From contig NC_087249.1 of NCBI RefSeq assembly GCF_037042905.1, positions 42,718,001 through 42,782,000 on the forward strand: a stretch of 64,000 bases of DNA. The letters are read 5' to 3'. Position 1 is the first letter of the stretch, and each line of letters begins with the position of its first letter. Below, in pieces: positions 1 to 13,197 of the stretch. The translations under genes were made by a program, and so were the position numbers. The notes under the pieces are model-generated. The model was not told where the DNA came from. It saw nothing but the letters and a program-made list of their open reading frames with translations, and did not search any database. The DNA comes from Lytechinus pictus (Eukaryota).

Positions 1-242
1 CACAACAGTGAGGTCATATAATCATGATTCAAATCACGATATCGTTTATTCGAACATTTCCGTACGTGATTCTGCAGAAACGTCTTTCCAAACGCCCCTT
101 TTTTCGTGTTTCATGTTTGTGATTCTAATCATGATTATATTCAATTTTGACTAAACGCAATCGTGATTCTGCAGAATCATGATTTGAATCATGATTCAGA
201 TCATGATTCTAGGGTAAAAAAGTGGCGGATAAACGCACCCTA
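1..242. mobile_element. Right end of a MITE rich in AATCA(T/C)GATT palindromes (cut by window edge)
   Basis: Repeated aatcatgatt motifs ending in ...taaacgcaccc|taa. Confidence 0.5.
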
Positions 243-380
243 AGGTGCACCAAAGATCTGAAGAAATTTTTTTTTTGAAAAGATAAGAAAAAGAGGAGAG
301 AAGAGAAGAACTAGGAGTGCATGAAGAGGGAAAATCAAAGTACAATTTGCTCAAAGGTGAGTGTGCTTTGAGTGGGTTAC

Positions 381-429
381 CTGTAGGGCCATGTCCATTG
401 TCAGGCGAGGCTCTGGTCAATATCTGAAC
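381..429 (-). CDS. Candidate 49-nt micro-exon (VQILTRASPDNGHGPT)
   Basis: Polypyrimidine tract plus caccag| acceptor, and ACAG|gtaacc donor. Only one frame is open. Confidence 0.35.
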
Positions 430-735
430 CTGGTGGTGGGAGAAAAAGAGGAAAGAAAAAAAAAAGACCAATGAACATTGGTATACAAAGGTCACGGATA
501 GAAAACTGGTTCCCTTGGCTATCATAGGTATGATATGATATCAAACACATGCAGGCCTAATTCCATATGAAAGGTGAGTTTCTTGCACTTTTGATAAAAT
601 GATGTGCACCACCGTTATCAAAAAGAGTACCTACGATAAATTGAATAAAGTCCAGGGCCCTGTTGCATAAAAGTTACTAACTTTGTCGTTCAACAGTGTT
701 TTCCATTGAATTCTTGAAATTTGATTGGATCTTGA

Positions 736-1129
736 GGTTTATTTCCGATCGGTCTAATGCCAATTCGTCTACTATCATTTGGTCTACCATCAGTTCATCC
801 ACTATCCACATGGTCTAATTGCCATTTCGTTCACTCACCATTTCGTCTAATAACCAGTTGGTCCAATAGCCATTTAGTCCATATACCATTTGTTCTAATT
901 GGACTAAGTGCTAATTGCGGGAAATGAATGAAAAGAAAATGGGTATAGGACCTACTGGTTATAGGACGAAATGTTCATAGTTGAACTGGTGATTAGACAG
1001 TGATTATTGTGGTTATTGAACCCAATGGCTGTTAGACAAAATGTTGATGGACGGAATGGCATAAGACTAAATGAAGTTAGACCATGTGATGAGTGGACGA
1101 GTTGGCTATAGATGAATCAGCAGTTTACC
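736..1129. mobile_element. Fold-back MITE with internal CCATTT(G/C)GTCTA sub-repeats, 8-bp TSD (Merlin-like, tentative), nested in a Harbinger-like MITE (~655-1208)
   Basis: Termini GGTTTATTTCC...GCAGTTTACC; flanks gatcttga/aatcttga. The first half of the sub-repeats is inverted relative to the second half. Confidence 0.7.
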
Positions 1130-1449
1130 AATCTTGAGCAGCGTTGCCACAGAAGTTACAATTGGACGGCAAAATTACTATAAAAGCAACTTTTAGTAAC
1201 AAGACCCTGGGGGTACACAACTCATTTAATCCAGTATCTGAAATACAAGTTGTAATTATGATAATTGTCGTTTATGTACCGCTTGACAGATATATCTTAG
1301 CCCTGATCATCAGATCAGATTCTGCCTTGCCCCCAGAAAATGTTAAACCTTTCTCCACTCCCTGAGGAGCATTCCAGTATGAATTTCCAAACTCAATTTT
1401 CTATATATTAACATAGAATGTGCTTTGTACTTTTGATATTAGAGCCCAC

Positions 1450-1715
1450 AGGGATACTCCGGGCTGAAGATATTCATATCTAAATAAATAGAGTAGTATT
1501 CACAGAGCAAAATGCTGAAAATTTCATCAAAATCGGATAATAAAGAACAAAGTTATTGAATTTTAAAATTTGCATTATTCTGGTGAAACAGTTTTAGGCA
1601 TGTCTTCATGAATATTCATTAGGTGGGCTGATGATGTCACATCCCCACTTTCCTTTTCTTATGTTATTACATGAAATCATAATTGTAAATGATGTGTCTC
1701 CATTATGATGAAATA
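1450..1715 (+). mobile_element. Truncated copy of TTAA-MITE family B
   Basis: Matches the left half of 27499-28108 (gggctgaa...aatgctgaaaatttcatcaaaatcggataa). Confidence 0.65.
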
Positions 1716-1738
1716 AATGAATAATCAATACCTCTATA

Positions 1739-2724
1739 CAGTGCGTATCAAAAAAAAGTTTACACTTTGAAAAAGCCCTGGAAATTCAAAAATATACAAC
1801 ATGTGGGTAATATTTTCACATATAATCTTGGGTTTGGGTCCCATCTATCCAATGAAAGTTAAAGTTTTGACAGAATTTTACACTTGAGTGAGCACTGTCC
1901 ATTTTTGTAAAGCTCGCAGAAATCTGTTTGCGCAGAAATGCTCGTTTTCACGCTGTGTCAAGGGGAAAGGGCCAAATCAAACTTACCCTGCGAAACATTT
2001 ATCATACATTTCCCTTGCACGTTTAGTCAATTGAAATAAAACGGATACATTCAAGCATTTTGTAACAATTTTGCCACCCAAATTGAAATTTCAACATTTA
2101 GTAGGCACAACCTTTACCCTTTTTGTGCCAGCTGGATCTGAGGACATAACTGAATCTGAACAAAAGTTTATATCAGACATCTCCAGCATTTTTTCACTGA
2201 GTTTTTATCATTTAAGTGGGTTTACATTTCATTTTACATTTAATACTTGTTTCTCCACACTTTTCCAAAGCTTGACAATGATTAACAAAATTAAAATCAA
2301 GCCTAAGCCATTTCATATAAATCACAGCTCAGTGTAAAGCAAATATCGTCTCGATGGCCTCGGTGTGTGGGGGAGTGGGGTGGGGCGCAATGCACTCTTC
2401 GAAGTGTTTTGGGCAAGGAAATAAGTTTAAAAAGGTAAAAGATATCTTCAAATCAATTTTACTAGCTAAATTCCACAATTTCTTCATAATTAAGGTCTAC
2501 TTTTATTTGCATAACTATTTCAAAGTTCTGCGTAAATCATTTTTCACTAAATTTTCAAAAGTAAGTGGTGCTCACTCAAGCGAAAACATTTTTCGACAGT
2601 TATATCGTCATTTGCTTAAATGGATCTGTACCAATGTTAAAATGTGGAAAAATCTTCAGGATATTACAAATGTATAATTTTACAGGATTTTTTCAAAGTG
2701 TAAACTTTTTTTTGATACGCACTG
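1739..2724. mobile_element. Non-autonomous Tc1/mariner-type element
   Basis: ~36-bp TIR CAGTGCGTATCAAAAAAAAGTTTACACTTTGAAAAA at both ends, TA TSD at 1737-1738 and 2725-2726. No transposase ORF. Confidence 0.85.
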
Positions 2725-2966
2725 TACACATGTATATATATCTAAATATATATATAGTACAGGTCTGTCATCATTCTTAATCTTAATACCTATATGTCTT
2801 ATACTCTCAAAGTGTTAAAAGAGAAAGAAAATGTGTTGCTTCTTGTATGTTTTCTACAGATTGTCAACACAAAATGACAGATAATCTAATAGTACCGTAT
2901 TTAAACTATTGATCAAAGGACTATTTTGGGATTGTTCTTTTTCTCCAAATGCCGAATTGATTCCTG

Positions 2967-3121
2967 GGGGGCGTTTCATCAACATTTTTGTCCGACAAGT
3001 TGTCAGATCTGACATCTTTCCTTGATTTTGATTGGCTGATAAGCAATGTTACTATGGTAACTGTCGGATAAAATGGGACTTGTCGGATAAAACGTCTGAC
3101 AAGTCCTTTCATGAAACGCTC
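2967..3121. mobile_element. Short PIF/Harbinger-like MITE
   Basis: Termini GGGGGCGTTTCAT...ATGAAACGCTC, internal inverted tgtccgacaag/cttgtcgga. A degenerate relative lies at ~40966-41340. Confidence 0.6.
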
Positions 3122-4099
3122 AAGAATGTTGCTCCCATTTTGCTGTATTCGAGTGTCCACACACCATTTGGTAGGCATACAGAATGTACTACCACTACAA
3201 CCTATGATCACGAGACCTCGGCAAAATGGTGAAGAAAAAAAAAAGAGGGCCCTGCCCCAAAACAAGTACGTGTACCAATTCCCAACTGCAAATATTTGCA
3301 CCTCCGCTTCATGTGCGTTGTTCCTTCATATTCAATTTTACAATCCAATTTTGAAATTGATATTGCCCCTCAGCAAACACGTGGAGAATAAAAGCAGGAA
3401 TTTGAGTAAAACAACAATTTTTTCTACATAAACATAACACAACAGTAAGAAAAGAGGAATTGAAGAAAAGTGTCTGTGTCTTTCAGTGTTTGTTTGTGCC
3501 TGACATATTTACCCCGAATGAGAGCATCATCATTTCTCTCTTCATGCCAAACTAGAGGAACCATTTTTTTAACTTGTTTTATGCATGTTTGAACTTCCAT
3601 AATTGAAGCATTTGAATTTGAATCTTGAATGTGACAAGAAAACCCATAAGGAATCACCATGACCTTCAAGCCAAACATCTGGGTATCTTGAAGAAAGAAG
3701 TGAGGCAATTGAAGAATTAAGATTTGTTGTTTAATTATCATCTTCATTAATCTCAACCTCACTCAAAAACTTTCCCTTGCAACAAAATATCCTTTGGATT
3801 GATTTCGAGGGAAATTTAGAGGGACCATGATGCAAATCATCTTTAAGAACCCAATATTCTGATCTTATAAGTAAAAAAAATTGAGTGATGGTTATCATCA
3901 CTTTTCATTTGAACTTTTGCAATGTTTGAATTTATCTAAATAACTACACTTGCCTCCTGCTAGTGATAGAATATTAGAAAGTTATCCATGAAGATTGTCA
4001 CTTGGTATTAATAATTGATACGCCAACTGTTCATGTTAATTTGCATAAACATTGGACTCATTACTTCAAAATAATTGGCTTATAAAATGTTGTAACCTT

Positions 4100-4292
4100 A
4101 GTAACAAGTGTTATAATATCAATGTTAACTTCAAATGTATAGTGTATGTTGGAACCCTGCCTACAAGCACTTTGCTTATTAAGGGTATCCCTCCATTTTT
4201 TAATAAAATATACTCTGTTTATTACATGTCATATTTTTATGTATGCTGATTTATAAAGATGGTAAATAAATTGAAATTGAATTGAATTGAAA
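4100..4292 (+). mobile_element. Probable 3' end of a CR1/L2-type LINE
   Basis: Stem-loop-like ggaaccct...agggtatcc, then AATAAA and an (ATTGA)n tail. Similar tails at ~21200-21258 and ~31020-31095. Confidence 0.4.
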
Positions 4293-4980
4293 TAGTGTCA
4301 ATTTAATGCACTGTGATAAACGCATGCATTTCGTACTGGATGTTTTTATTTTTACTAACCGTGTCAATGCGTGAAATCTTCATAAACCAAGGTTTCAAAC
4401 CAAAACCACCTTTGTGAATTTGGACCTAGATGTCCCCCCCCCCCAGACCACAATTGCACCCATAGTGCTTGGCCCAAGGGTATTGAGGACAAGCTGAGGG
4501 TACAAACAGTCTGAAACCAGTTGCACAGCTGCAACCCTCCCCCTCCATCAGATACATTCACACCAGCCCTTTCAGGAAAAACTACAAAGTATAGACAGCG
4601 TGAAAGCACAGTACACAAAGTTATATTATCAGGATGTAGGCTCAATATGATATAGAAGAACAAAATTATCCACAAAATAGTACAGTGTAGGTGCTTTTCA
4701 AGATTATATCGATGACTTCTTTTGCAGGGATTTCTCCAAGGTCACAGTAATATGTGCAGTGTGAAAGAGAATTCTGGAAAAATTTAATGTGAAGCAAGAA
4801 GAGCATCTTTCACCAGTCTTGTCTGGACAAGGCAGGTGTGAATAAGAAAAATATTGGGTGATTTGACGACTGAGAAATTACTTGCAATGCACAGGTACAA
4901 GTTTCCTGATCGTGCAGGTGTGAACACCTCTTCAAGAGTATCATCACAGCCAGAAGATGATGGGGGAGAGGGCTCTATTT

Positions 4981-5209
4981 TTACTGCGCAAACAACATTG
5001 GCGAGAGCATCTTTTGTTCCACAAGTGTCATCGACAACAACGATGCATAAGTGGCCGACAGAAGGGGTTGGCCCCTGCCTGCCTGCCTGAATGGTCGGAT
5101 GAAAATCAAAAGCTTCCTGTCTGAGAATGGCACACTCTTGTCGTCCTCGAGGAGTGGGAGAAGAAGCCGATCAACAATGATTGCTTCCTGTTTTCCTCTG
5201 GGACTGAAA
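4981..5209 (-). CDS. Candidate downstream exon of the same unidentified gene
   Basis: Acceptor tttttgtgcag| with a phase-2 start that joins the 16935 donor in frame (PP-S-FSPRGKQEAIIVDRLLLP...LFAQ*). GC-richer than its flanks. Confidence 0.35.
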
Positions 5210-6402
5210 CTGCACAAAAACACTTCAGGAGAAAAATATCATAACTGAGAAACCAGACAAATTTGCACAAGAGCAGCAACGGAAATACAGTTGTAGCTAT
5301 GAAACTGAAGGGGCTACTTGTTGCTAATGTAGACACTGCCCGAATTGCGAGGCAGTTAGGAGATATAATCGGCCCCATTCATGCCCAATATGCTAAAAAC
5401 ATTGAAATTAATGTCATTTGTGGATGCAATTACCGAGAGCTAATAGAAAAGTCATATAGAACCAAATATAGGAGAAAGACCAGGGGCCTACTGCATTAAA
5501 CTTAACATTAAGAATAAGATTCATTTCTATGCTGAAAAATTTTACCAACTTACCATGGTAGAAAACATTCTAGTAATCATAAATGATATGCATGTTGCAA
5601 TTATATCCTTCTAACTTCTCATTAAGAAACAGGAGAAGTAATTTCATATTTAATTCACACAGATCATTACATGCATTTGATTTTTCTTAATCATTTATAA
5701 AGTCTTGTTAAAATGCATTCTTGTTCTAAGAACGCTTTTCTTATTGATATCTAGTATAGTTTATATCATATTTAGCATACTCAGCCCAAACAAATCATAT
5801 GTTCACATATATACAGTATGGATTGAGATAAAAAAATACTTTCTACTTGCAAGAATTCTTACAACTTTGTGAGAAACTTGAAAAAAAATATCAAATGCAT
5901 CTTATCTTATTACCAAGCCCTATATTATTTCTCAGTTTGACTCCTGAACCAAATAATGGCATCAAAACAAATACAAACCGAGACATTTTTATTATCATTT
6001 TTCCTGCTCAAGATACATTCACCCTCCAAAAGTCTATATATACTTCTATTCCGGTTGAAACTCCAAAGTCTGTTTAGGAATTTTTACAACAACAAACACA
6101 TTAAAATGGCAATGTCTTTTTGAGTCAACAAGGCAATCAGTTACCATTGTATTTAATTACTTCCTTTTTGGTTACTTATTAACAGAGCCCCCAGAGTTGT
6201 TGTTCATGAAAAGTCATGTTGGGGACTCCTTTACTGGGACAGTCAGTCTGTCTGCTGGCTTGTTGGTGTTGTTTTTGGGTTTTTTTAGGGTGAATCTTCT
6301 TTGGGGGGGCACAAAAAAGAGTCTTACTTGTCTATGAGGACTGTCATTTTTTCTCCCAGGAGAAAGCTACGTCAGTGGCATGGGGGAAGTGTTGGATATG
6401 AA

Positions 6403-6800
6403 AATTTATTTCCAATTCATCAATTGCCAACTCATCTACTAGTACTGTCATTCCGTCTACCGTCAGTTCGTCCACTATCCACATGGTCTAATTGCCAATT
6501 CGTTCACTCATCATTTCGTCTAATAACCAGTTGGTCCAATAGCCATTTTGGTCTAAATGGACTTAGTGTTATTTGCAAAATGAATAAAATTGAAATGGAT
6601 ATAGACCAACTGGTTATGGGACGAAATGGTCATAGACGAAATGGTGATTAGATGAAATGATGGTTGTACCAAATGTTTGTTAGAGGAAATGTTTATGGAT
6701 GGAAATCATGGAATGGCATTAGACTAAATGAAAGTAGACCATGTGGTGGTTGAACAAGTTGGCAGGAGATGAATCAGCTCCGGGGAATCAGCAATTTACC
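6403..6800. mobile_element. Second copy of the Merlin-like fold-back MITE
   Basis: Perfect 8-bp TSD GATATGAA (6395-6402, 6801-6808). Same internal sub-repeats as 736-1129. Confidence 0.75.
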
Positions 6801-6814
6801 GATATGAATGGGTC

Positions 6815-8890
6815 GCTTTTCGTGAAGTGGTTGTGAAAACCACTTTCAGGTGATCAAATGGGAACGCTAGCAAAGCATTCTTCCAAACTGGTTTCCTGAA
6901 CCAGTTTCCAGCAAACTAGTTTCAAGGGTGTGATAGAGGCTGTTCTCGCTACATTCCTAAAACTAGTTTAGTGGAAAATAGTTTAACGCGTAGTGAGAAC
7001 GGATGAAGCGGTCTTGGAAACGATCTTCCAAACCAGTTTGGAAAACCACCTCGCGATGTAGTTTTCAAGATCGCTTTGCCTCGTTAAACTGCTTTTAGCG
7101 TGAGGACACAACCGTTCTTCAGGAAGCGATCTTCGCACATTTTGAGCGCTGCGGTTTCGAATTTCACGCGAAACATGTCACCAAACTGAGAGCATTTCCA
7201 TAGCAACAAGAGCGCTTTAAGTGAAGTGATTTTGAAAACCACTTTCGTGTGATCAAGTGGGAACGCTAGCAAAGCGCTCTTCAAAACTGGTTTCCTGAAT
7301 CGGTTTCCAGTAAACTAGTTTTAGACAGCGTAATGAGAACGGCCTCATAGAGGGAATGGGGTCTGACGAAAGAAAAGAGAATGTGATAGTAGAAGCATAG
7401 ACCTATGGTAGAAGGGATGGGGTATCATTGGCCCCATTCTCATTACCGTCCTAAAACTAGTTTACGGGAAACTAGTGAAAATGGAAACTAATTTAACATG
7501 TAATCAGAATGTCGAAACAGTCTTGGAAGCAATCTTCCAAACCAGTTCGGAAAACCACCTCGCGATGTAGTTTTTTTTTTTCCACGATCGCTTTTCCTCG
7601 TTAAACTGGTTTTAGCATAAGTGAAGACACAACCGTTCTTCGGGAAGCGAACTTCGCACATTTTGAGCGTGCTGAACCGGTTTCCAGTAAACTAGTTTCA
7701 GAAAATATAATGAGAATGAGTCATAATATCAGAAGCAAGGGGGAGGCATTTGGACAGGATGAATTCAGTAAATATAGAATCATAGATAAATATAAAGTTA
7801 AATAATGATATAATATTCTGGAGCAAGGGACAAAGGGCTGTTATTGTCCCGTTGATCTGCTGTTTTCTTTACTGTGACATAAACTCACTTTGATGATACC
7901 AAAAGGCAAGCTATAATGCAAGTATAAAAACAAAATTAAGGATGTTTACAAGGCAAATATAACATGAACTCTTTATCTGTTTCTGTGTCTGGGCCAATAT
8001 TTTATTGCCAGATCGTGGGACGTTATGAGAACTAATCACACTAGTTCAAACTGTAAACCAAACTCTTACAGAAAGACAAGTGATTCAACAATCAATAAAA
8101 CTTTTCGTTCATTTTCTGACCTATAATTCCTCCCATGTACTCCTCTTAATCATGTCCAAGCATGGGCCAAGTTACAGAAGACATGTTTATTATTATTTTT
8201 TTTTTACATTTCTAAAAGCTACGACAAAAAAATGATAAAAAAATAGGAATGCTTGACGACCCCTTAATATGCATAGGGTGCTTCAAAGCGCAAGAATGGG
8301 TCAACTCACTAATAACGACAAATGATCTATTCATAGTAAAGCAGAACAAAACAAGATGAGGAAAAAAGAAGAAGAAATAAGCAGTGCGTATACCTCCATT
8401 ACACAAATTATCAAAGAGGTATGTTTTTAATCAGTGATTTGACTTCCATTTCAATTTAGGTATTGTACACTTGGAAGTGGAATAGGGCCTAGGACCCCGT
8501 TGTCATTACTGTCCTAAACTAATTTACTGGAAACTAGTTGATCGTGTAATGAGAATGGTCTAAGCAATCTGTCAAACCAGTTCAGAAAACCACTTCGCCA
8601 TGTAGTTTTCAAGATCGCTTTCCCTCGTTAAATTGGTTTTACCGTGAGGACACAACCGTTCTTCGGGAAGTAATCTTCGCACAGTTTGAGCGCGCTATTC
8701 CACACACTGTGTGTAGAATGCCTACGCTGTGGTTTCAAATTTCGCGCGAAACATGTGACCCCCACTGAGAGCGTTCCCATAGCAACAAGGCCACTTTACG
8801 TGAAGTGGTTTTGAAAACCACTTTCGGCTGATCAAATAAAAGTCTTGCAAACTGGTTTCCTGAACCGATTTCCAGTATCTAGTTTGAGAA
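6815..8890. mobile_element. Cluster of four copies of one Harbinger-like MITE (partial 6815-6930; 6937-7345; ~7431-7722; ~8490-8890)
   Basis: Shared aaactagttt sub-terminal palindromes and core aaaaccacctcgcgatgtagttttcaagatcgc. TIR aggctgttctc/gagaacggcct in the 6937 copy. Confidence 0.7.
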
Positions 8891-9905
8891 AGTAAGAGGA
8901 TGGTGTCAAGGTATACCTCTCATTTAAATTTTTTTATACTCTCAACAAAGTTCATTCGTCCCTTTAAGCGTTTGAACTCTAGAAAGTATCTCAAAGTTGT
9001 TGATAATTCACCTGGTAATGCTTACTAAAAGACATTGGACTTGTACCTCCTCTGTTAGTGTTTCAACAAGAATCTGTTAAAGCTAATCAGTGTCTTATCT
9101 GCACATAGATATCCATGTCTCCAAAGAGAAAACATTAATATTGGAAAACACTCAAAGACATTGACATGAATTATCAAAGGTTCGCAAATACTATGAGTAC
9201 CAAAGCGATGACATCACAAAAAACTTTTTTTTTTTGCATTTCAGCATTTGTCCACACAACCCATACTGGAATTGGAATCAGTCCATGGAAGCCCAAGATC
9301 TTCGGCCCAAGGACTTGGTTCTTATTTCCAGATGGGACATCTTCATTTGGGCCTTATCCATCAGGTCCACAATTCATGTAGTCTGAATAGTCCTTGGGCC
9401 ACGCGTCACAAGGTCTAATGAACATTTGGCCTAAGTATCATTTGGACTAATCACCAAATGGTCCAGTATTTTATTCATCTTATTTAAAGCAAAAATGGAT
9501 GAAGACTGGTGACTATTAAAGCCAGGTGGATTTATAAGAAATATATAGACAAAAAAAGGTTAGTCCAGAGATGTTTATTTACCAACAGTGTTCAGTGTAT
9601 ATAAAAAAGCGAATTGATACTGTTACATTCTAAAACTGGGCCTTTTCATTTCCCATACATTTGAGCATGACAAACATTTAAATGGTGTATGCAAATAGCC
9701 CTTATCATGACTCTGTTGTCTGCAAATCGAAAATGTGTGCGTGGTTTGTCTCAGACAAACTCCCTTTTCATTGCATGAACAATGGATTAAAGTAACAGTC
9801 ATCGTGCCAACTCAGGGGTGAAAAGACATTATGCAAAGTTAACGCCCTTTTAGCAGCTTCAGTCCTTCTACGGTCAACAAATTGTCTTTTTACGTGCACA
9901 ACAAA

Positions 9906-10461
9906 TACCCTTTTTACACAGGATTTTCTTAGCCCCGGACTATCGCTAACCCCATACTATCGTTAACCCCGTACTATTTTTCTTCCTTTTCACACATGCC
10001 AAATTGTTATTGCTAACCCCGGATAAGGAATGCTTGCTTTTCACACACGAAACTCGCTAACCCCGGACTAGTGGTAGCTCATTCACTCGTACCTTTTTAC
10101 ACATGCTAAAATTTCCTTAACCCCGTACTATAGGGGAGGCTAAAATTGCCATTTAGCCCCACCTATAGTACGGGGTTAAGCTTAGCCCACTTTCGTTTTA
10201 CACTAGCGATCTTAACCCCGTACTATCGCTCTTAGCACCGCAATTGCTGGGATAACCCTGCTTTTTTGCAGGGCCAAATAATCCCGTACTAAAGGTTGGG
10301 TTAGCCCACTTTGCAAAAATGCTGTGTAAAAAGAAAGTGGGCTAAGCTTAACCCCGTACTATAGGTGGGGCTAAATGGCAATTTAGCCCCACCTATAGTA
10401 CGGGGTTAAGGCCCACCTATAGTACGGGGTTAAGGAAATTTCAGCGTGTGTAAAAAGGGTA
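9906..10461. mobile_element. Palindromic MITE with AACCCCGTACTAT sub-repeats
   Basis: Termini TACCCTTTTTACAC/GTGTAAAAAGGGTA. The inner segment 10090-10461 is itself a near-perfect palindrome. Confidence 0.7.
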
Positions 10462-10699
10462 GTAGTCAAAACACATTAGTTAGAAATGGGTTCCGACAGT
10501 TAAAAATATTTAGGACAGTCAATGATATGCCATAGAATATCTGAACTTGGTGCATCCGAAAAATTGAGTGATGAGCGTCTTCCCCTGAAGCTCATTTTCA
10601 ATGGCAGTATTAAAAGGAAAATGAATCCAAATCCAAAGCCATTCTTTGAAATAGAAATCTGAAACAGAAAACTTGTTTTGCCCAATTGATCGTGGGCCC

Positions 10700-10858
10700 T
10701 GCAGCCAATGCGCAGCGCCAGATCGACGAGGCTCTATCCCTTGTATTGTTGAACGCCAAACAGGGTAGCAGCAATGTCTTTTGGTCTGACTCAGCCGGGG
10801 TTTGAACACCCGCCCTCCCAGTAGTGAGACGGACACTCTACCAACTGAGCCAACAGCC
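10700..10858 (-). mobile_element. tRNA-derived SINE fragment
   Basis: The minus strand has a Pol III A box TGGCTCAGTTGG (10841-10852) and B box GTTCAAACC (10799-10807), but no complete cloverleaf. Confidence 0.65.
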
Positions 10859-13197
10859 CAACACACCGGTTATCAAATGAAGATTAATCCGATAGTGACT
10901 AATAATAAAGCGTGAATATTAATGAACATGAACATGCATATAAGGGAGATCATCTTACATTCAACACATGACATGGCTTCCAGCAGATTTTTTTTTTTTT
11001 TTTCTGAAAATGGGTGCAATAACCGTTATCTCCCGGTGGGGGGGGGAGTCAAATATATTGCTGTACACACGCGTGACCAAAAAACATACCCTAAACATGT
11101 TGGCTAGTCTTAAAAAAAAAAGCTTTGGGGAAAAAACATACCCTAAACACGTTTGACCCCACGATTGACCATTGACCAGTCTTTCAAAACCACCCTTTTT
11201 CTTGAAAATCAGTGTTTTTGATACACTTAAAGGAGACTTAAAATAGGTCCAGCTAATTATGTTGGCCATGGATATGCAAAAAAAAAAAAAATCTGGGTGG
11301 GGGTGCAAGGTGCATAAAATATTTCGAATAAACTCAAATGCAAGAGAGCGCAGCAAACCGATTTTGTCATGGGGCGCCTTTGTATCTTTCTTTTGTAAAA
11401 TTGAAGGATTTTGTGCACTGTTGGTGAATTTTGCAAACATTTTCGGTATAAACATGTAAGTTTTCATTTTTTTGGGGGGGGGCAGGGCTTCTACCCCCTG
11501 CTGCATACGGCCATGGAAGAGTAGGAAAAAGGTTTCAAATCAGGAGCATGATCAGCAAAGTGAATTAATCGTGCATACCAAGGACAGGCAGAAAACTTTA
11601 TATATATCGGTACTCTTTGACTTCATAGTCACATATCCAATTTACATAGAAAAGCTGTCATCTGCATCGTTTTCTGCTTTATTTGATCTTTTTATTCTCT
11701 AAATATATTCCGGATTCTTCATTTTATTATGATATAATAGCTTATAAATGGAAAAGAGACAAACAATCTCCCAGTGACCATTTCCTAAAGGTGTAGAATT
11801 AATCCCTAGATAATCCTCTTTATATAATCCACTCACATAAGCTGCGTTCAGGAAGCGTTTGAAAGCTGGAATTATTAACATGAATTGAATCGAGTGTGCC
11901 CATTTGAAACATTTTTGCTATCGTGTTACCACTTTTCGAAAAATTTCAAGATGAATTTTCTAATTTTCTGTAGCATCTGCTAAGTTGTCATTAGAATTTG
12001 TTATGCACAGTCACCCAGTATTTAGCTTACATATTTATTCAAATTAAAAATGTAAATTTTGGTAAAGTGCATTTAACTATTTTGAATCATTAAGAGATCA
12101 CATCATGAATAATTATGTTCTAAGACAGAAATGACATATATGATATGGATATAAAGAAATGTATTGAGAATTTCACATTTTCACACAGAATCAACGGCTG
12201 AAAAAATAAACTGCCTATACACCTTTATAAACATTAGAATGTTAGATGATACTCATTTATAATTCACTATGGACCCTTTACAACAGGCTTTAAATTGAGT
12301 ATACATGGAGGGCAAAGTTGGGATTGAGACTGTTATCCTAGGGGACGAGAGGTGAGGAAAACCCCAGATTTAGACTGTTGTCCGGGGGTATCTACATTTT
12401 TATTTCAAATTGGAGTTAAAGAACATTTTATGCAAGCATCATTTAGAAAAGTCTGTTTAGAATATTGGCTTCCCAGAGATTGAGATTAGTCATTTACATG
12501 ATAATGTCCTATTACAAGAAAATCTACAAACTAATTGGAAACCAACAGCCAGTGGCTATCAAATGAACGTTCAATTTTTTTTTCCTAAATGCCCTCTTAA
12601 ACAATGAAATCTTTCTGATTGACAATGTCTCTCAAGACATTGAAAGAGTTAATATTGAGTAACTGTTTCGCTCTTAATTACAGCTCCTAGCACCTGTGCT
12701 GGCAAGAAAGTCCATTCCGACACGTCTAACAATATCAGCTGGTAAGTGGCCTACACCCACACAAAGGGCCCAATTCTGATCCTATTGTCCTGCCTAAAAG
12801 GATGAAAAAAGAAGCCCATTTGTTACTCTAGATAGTGCTCCTGGGCTTTTCAGCCATTAAACCTGATCATGCTGAACAAACTTTGAAAATAGCGGCTCAA
12901 TAGGCTCTTAGGGGGTGGGTTTGAAAGGGGGAAATTATGCCTTATTGTAATGGTTTTTTTTTTCTTCAGGGGCCCTATTTTATGCCATGATGATAGGAAA
13001 TATCTGTCATTTGAAAATCTTTAGGGTATCAGAAGTCTTGCTCTCATAAAGTGTTTTCGATGAATGAAGAACGAATCGGCACTCAATAATATGTCTCTCA
13101 TTTGTTTGTGATGACATTAATGTTCCCGACATTTTAAATGAATACCCCCAATCTCAATCTGCCAGCTAAATGAAAATGATATGCTGTGTGATAACAG

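Noticed and set aside
9097-9124. catagatatccatg as another P-type footprint (similar cases at ~35201, 36089, 46458, 58717, 60829)
   Set aside because: The termini fit but the 7-bp flanks match poorly or not at all, so these were not counted.
10790-10860. Possible tRNA gene
   Set aside because: A and B boxes are present but the acceptor stem does not pair; interpreted as a SINE head. The same applies to the B-box fragment at ~28545-28570.
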